DNA of 64,000 nucleotides. Origin: the human T2T-CHM13v2.0 reference genome, Homo sapiens. Within the stretch, counting starts at the first letter, position 1. Every line of letters starts with the position of its first letter. Where the stretch lies: assembly GCF_009914755.1 (NCBI RefSeq), contig NC_060929.1; one strand, given 5' to 3'. Position numbers and translations under genes: made by a program. The notes beneath the pieces are model-generated. The model was not told where the DNA came from, did no database searches, and was given only the letters and a program-made list of their open reading frames with translations. Positions 60,991-64,000 of the stretch are shown piece by piece.

Positions 60991-61929
60991 TACTTACTTG
61001 CCAATTGAGTGATTAACACAGGTCCAACTTTATGGTAGGCAGGGCAGTAGGGCTGGAATCATTGTTCTTGTCCTCATGGAAAGTGAAGCTGTAACAGAGT
61101 AGTTCCGAGTTCATTAGGTTAATCAGTTTTGGAGGGTGGAGAAGCAGGACCCACAAATGAGGGTTATTTTAAACTATAGACTCTACTTCTGTGTTTCTGA
61201 ATATTTTTATTTTTTCTGGCCCTGAGCCGTATGAGCTTGTTCATTCATTTGACTAATATTTGAGGGCTTGTTAGATGTCAGGCTGAGGAATAAGAGTGGT
61301 TAAAACAAAAATTCTTTCCCTTAAGGATCTTCATTCTGGTTAATGAAGACAGCAAACAAGGTAAATAAAATATATGGTGTGTTTACTAGTAAGTTCCAAA
61401 GAGAAAAAAATAAAGCAGGAAAGGAATATACCAGGGTTGGGGAACAAGGTGGAATTATAATTTTAGATATAGTAGCCAGGGAAGGTTTCACTGAGTAAAT
61501 AATCTTTGATCGAAGTCCAGGAAGATGAGGAAGTTGTTACGTGAAGCAGTGATTTAACCAGTTCTTATTCAAGGCAATTCAGAAGGCATGTGAATGTTAC
61601 TGCAATGATCTGTGCTTTTCTGCAGAAAATGAATAATTCAAGCAGAAATAGCTAAAGGTACAAACTTCTATTAAATTGCTTGTTCTTTAGTCTCTGCAGG
61701 AGATATAGTAATAACTGAAGTGTTACACAGGTGGAGACGGGAAACGTTAGTTGCTAAGAACTTTGGATTACCACCGCTAGGAAACCAGCCACTTGGAAGA
61801 CCAATCAATAAAGGAGTGTTCAACTCAATATTTCACCTGATACAAGGTTAGTTTAAGGTGGAAAATCAAAGGATATGTGCTCCGATGTAAATACACCTTT
61901 TAAATTTACTTTAGCTCTGTTTTCCCTCT

Positions 61930-62810
61930 GTATTTCATTCAATAAATATTTATTGCCTATTTTCTGTTTAAAACTATGCTAGGCATTGGGAAACAGCAGT
62001 GAACAGGACACATGTTGTCCCTGTTCTCTGTTCATACAACTTACATGTTACTAGTGGGAAGAAGCATTGGGCTACTAATTATGCAGTTATTTAGTAGCTG
62101 TGATTGGGGAGGCAATATGGGGTCATGAGAGGATTAATCTTACCTGAGGATTTAGGCAAGTCCTTTTTGAGGAAGAAACATTTAACTGGAGACCTGAAGG
62201 ATGAGAAGGCATCAGCCAGAGGAAGGAGGAGAAACAAACAGCTTAGGCAGAGGTAGGGATTGAAAGGCCACTGGAGTGTAAGAGGAGTGAGAGAAGATGA
62301 GGCTGGTGGGACCAGTTGATTCTGGTCCTTATTAGGCTTTTGTGTTTAATCCTGAGAGCAAAGAGAAGCCATTGGTGTATATGCTGGGGCTGGCGGCAGA
62401 TGTGTTTATTGAGTGAGGAGAGACAAAAATGGAAGTAGGGCTTTGAGTTAGGGTTGTGATGGTGGACATAGACAGGAGTAGATGGAGTAGAGTGGTGCCT
62501 AGGGGGTGATGAGTTACATATTGAAGGATGAGGAAGAGTTTAGGGTCAAGAATGACCACCATGCATTTTTTACTTTGGGCAGCCATACGCTGGTGCAGTC
62601 TATTCAGATGAAGACTGAAGGAGGATCTAATTTAGACAGATGAGTTTTAGGCTTGTTGAGTTCGAAGTTTCCCATGAGATACCCAAATGGAGGTGTTGAG
62701 TGGGCTCAGGGATAGTGTGGAGAGAGTCATCTGAAAAGCAACTGAAGCCATGAGAGCGAATGAGATAGTTTAGGGGGAAGGTGCAAAGTGAGAAAAGACC
62801 CAGAATAGCT
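61930..62810. mobile_element. L2 remnant
   Basis: 'ttcattcaataaatatttattg', 'gagacctgaaggatgag', 'tcctgagagcaaagagaagccattgg'. Confidence 0.6.
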
Positions 62811-63464
62811 GTCCTCCAACTCTGGGCATACCTGTTGGGAAGTACAGACCTCTTTACTGTTTCCTGATAGCACATGGCTGAAAAAGGACAGGTCACTGAC
62901 AAAAAGTAGTTTGTACCACTGCATGCACTTCTGAAATGGCCATCCTGGTTAATAATGATAGCTCACATTCAGGGCATTTACTACATAGCAAACATGAGCT
63001 GAACACTTTACTGATAATGTTTCACTCCATATTGAAAATCCTTTGAAGAAGGTATTGTCATCTCTATTCTACAGATGATGAAACGGGCTATCAGAAATAC
63101 AGAAATAACGATGAAGGCATGGAGTGGATGATCAAGCTCAGGTCATTGGCTCCAGAACTCAGACTCTTGGTCACCACTATGCTACCTCTCCTTGACTCCT
63201 AGCATCTGCAGCTACCTCCCCACCGTGATCTCCAGCCTCTCCCCCAACCCCCACCAACAAAAATGCGTTAACCTCAACCCTTCTGGCTGCTCACTGTGGC
63301 TGGTTATAGCAGAGGAACCCAAACACCTGTGACATGGGCCCTATTCCTGTTTTTAGCCTGCCATGCCCTGCTCTCCAAAGGTGGTTTCAAGACATCTTGG
63401 AACTGGTGGGAGGGCAAAGGGCAGGAGGATGTGTATGCACAGGTCTACACCCAGACAGTCATCT

Positions 63465-63828
63465 CTCTTAGTTTGGGCTGCTTCCATAGACTGGGTGGCT
63501 TAAACAGAAATTTATTTTCTCACAGTTCCGTAAGCTAGAAGTCCTCCAAGATTCGAGTTCCGGCTGAGTCGGTTTCTAGTGAGGGCCCTCTTCCTAGTTT
63601 GCAGATAACCATCTTCTCACCGTGTCCTCACATGGCCTTTTCTCCGTGCCTGCGCCTGGCCAGAGTTGAGAGCAATCTGTGGTCCCACAAGGACACTAAT
63701 CCTATCAGAACAGGGCTCCACCCTTATGATTTCATATAACTTTACTTTCTTACTCTAAATACAGCCACTCTGGGGGTTAGGGCTTCAACATATGAATTTT
63801 GGGAAGACATATGCATTCAATTTTAACA
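63465..63828 (-). mobile_element. MLT1A/B-like MaLR LTR
   Basis: 'gactgggtggcttaaacagaaatttattttctcacagttc...gggttagggcttcaacatatgaattttggg'. Confidence 0.8.
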
Positions 63829-64000
63829 CCACCTAAATATCCAATCACCATGTTGTAGTCCACTTATTCTAAATATTGTAGAGGACAGATCTGAATTCAG
63901 CCACATCCCTGCTTCCCAGAAGAGAGTCTGGGGCTGGGTTCAACATGAGGAAGAACCCATTACCCCTCAGTCTAATACTATCCTAGAAAAGAGAACCAAG

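Overview
This is primate (human-type) genomic DNA containing the complete SMAD5 gene on the + strand. It has a CpG-island promoter at ~7.2-8.0 kb, two non-coding 5' exons (to 7494; 22362-22436) and a candidate Alu-derived cassette exon (27205-27288). Six coding exons (28291-52010) splice with canonical GT-AG junctions into an intact 1398-nt ORF, a 465-aa BMP-type R-Smad ending in SSVS. A ~5.2-kb 3'UTR ends near the AATAAA at 57246. An antisense unit (SMAD5-AS1/DAMS) overlaps the promoter and intron 1. The rest is typical interspersed repeat (Alu, L1, L2, MIR, MaLR/ERVL LTRs, hAT and Tc1/mariner MITEs); repeat subfamily calls are by eye. I found no prokaryote-style system, CRISPR array, tRNA or rRNA, and nothing I can defend as a wholly new biological system. 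The best leads are post-transcriptional or structural: (1) a G14 homopolymer that frameshifts the antisense DAMS ORF; (2) a cryptic exon abutting a (UG)15 tract, resembling TDP-43-repressed exons; (3) a splice-dependent uORF set in the 5'UTR; (4) intronic read-through/polyadenylation giving a 351-aa SSVS-less isoform; (5) a 56-bp GATA-bearing duplication with a fold-back; (6) a closely spaced inverted Alu pair; (7) three tandem hairpins in the 3'UTR.
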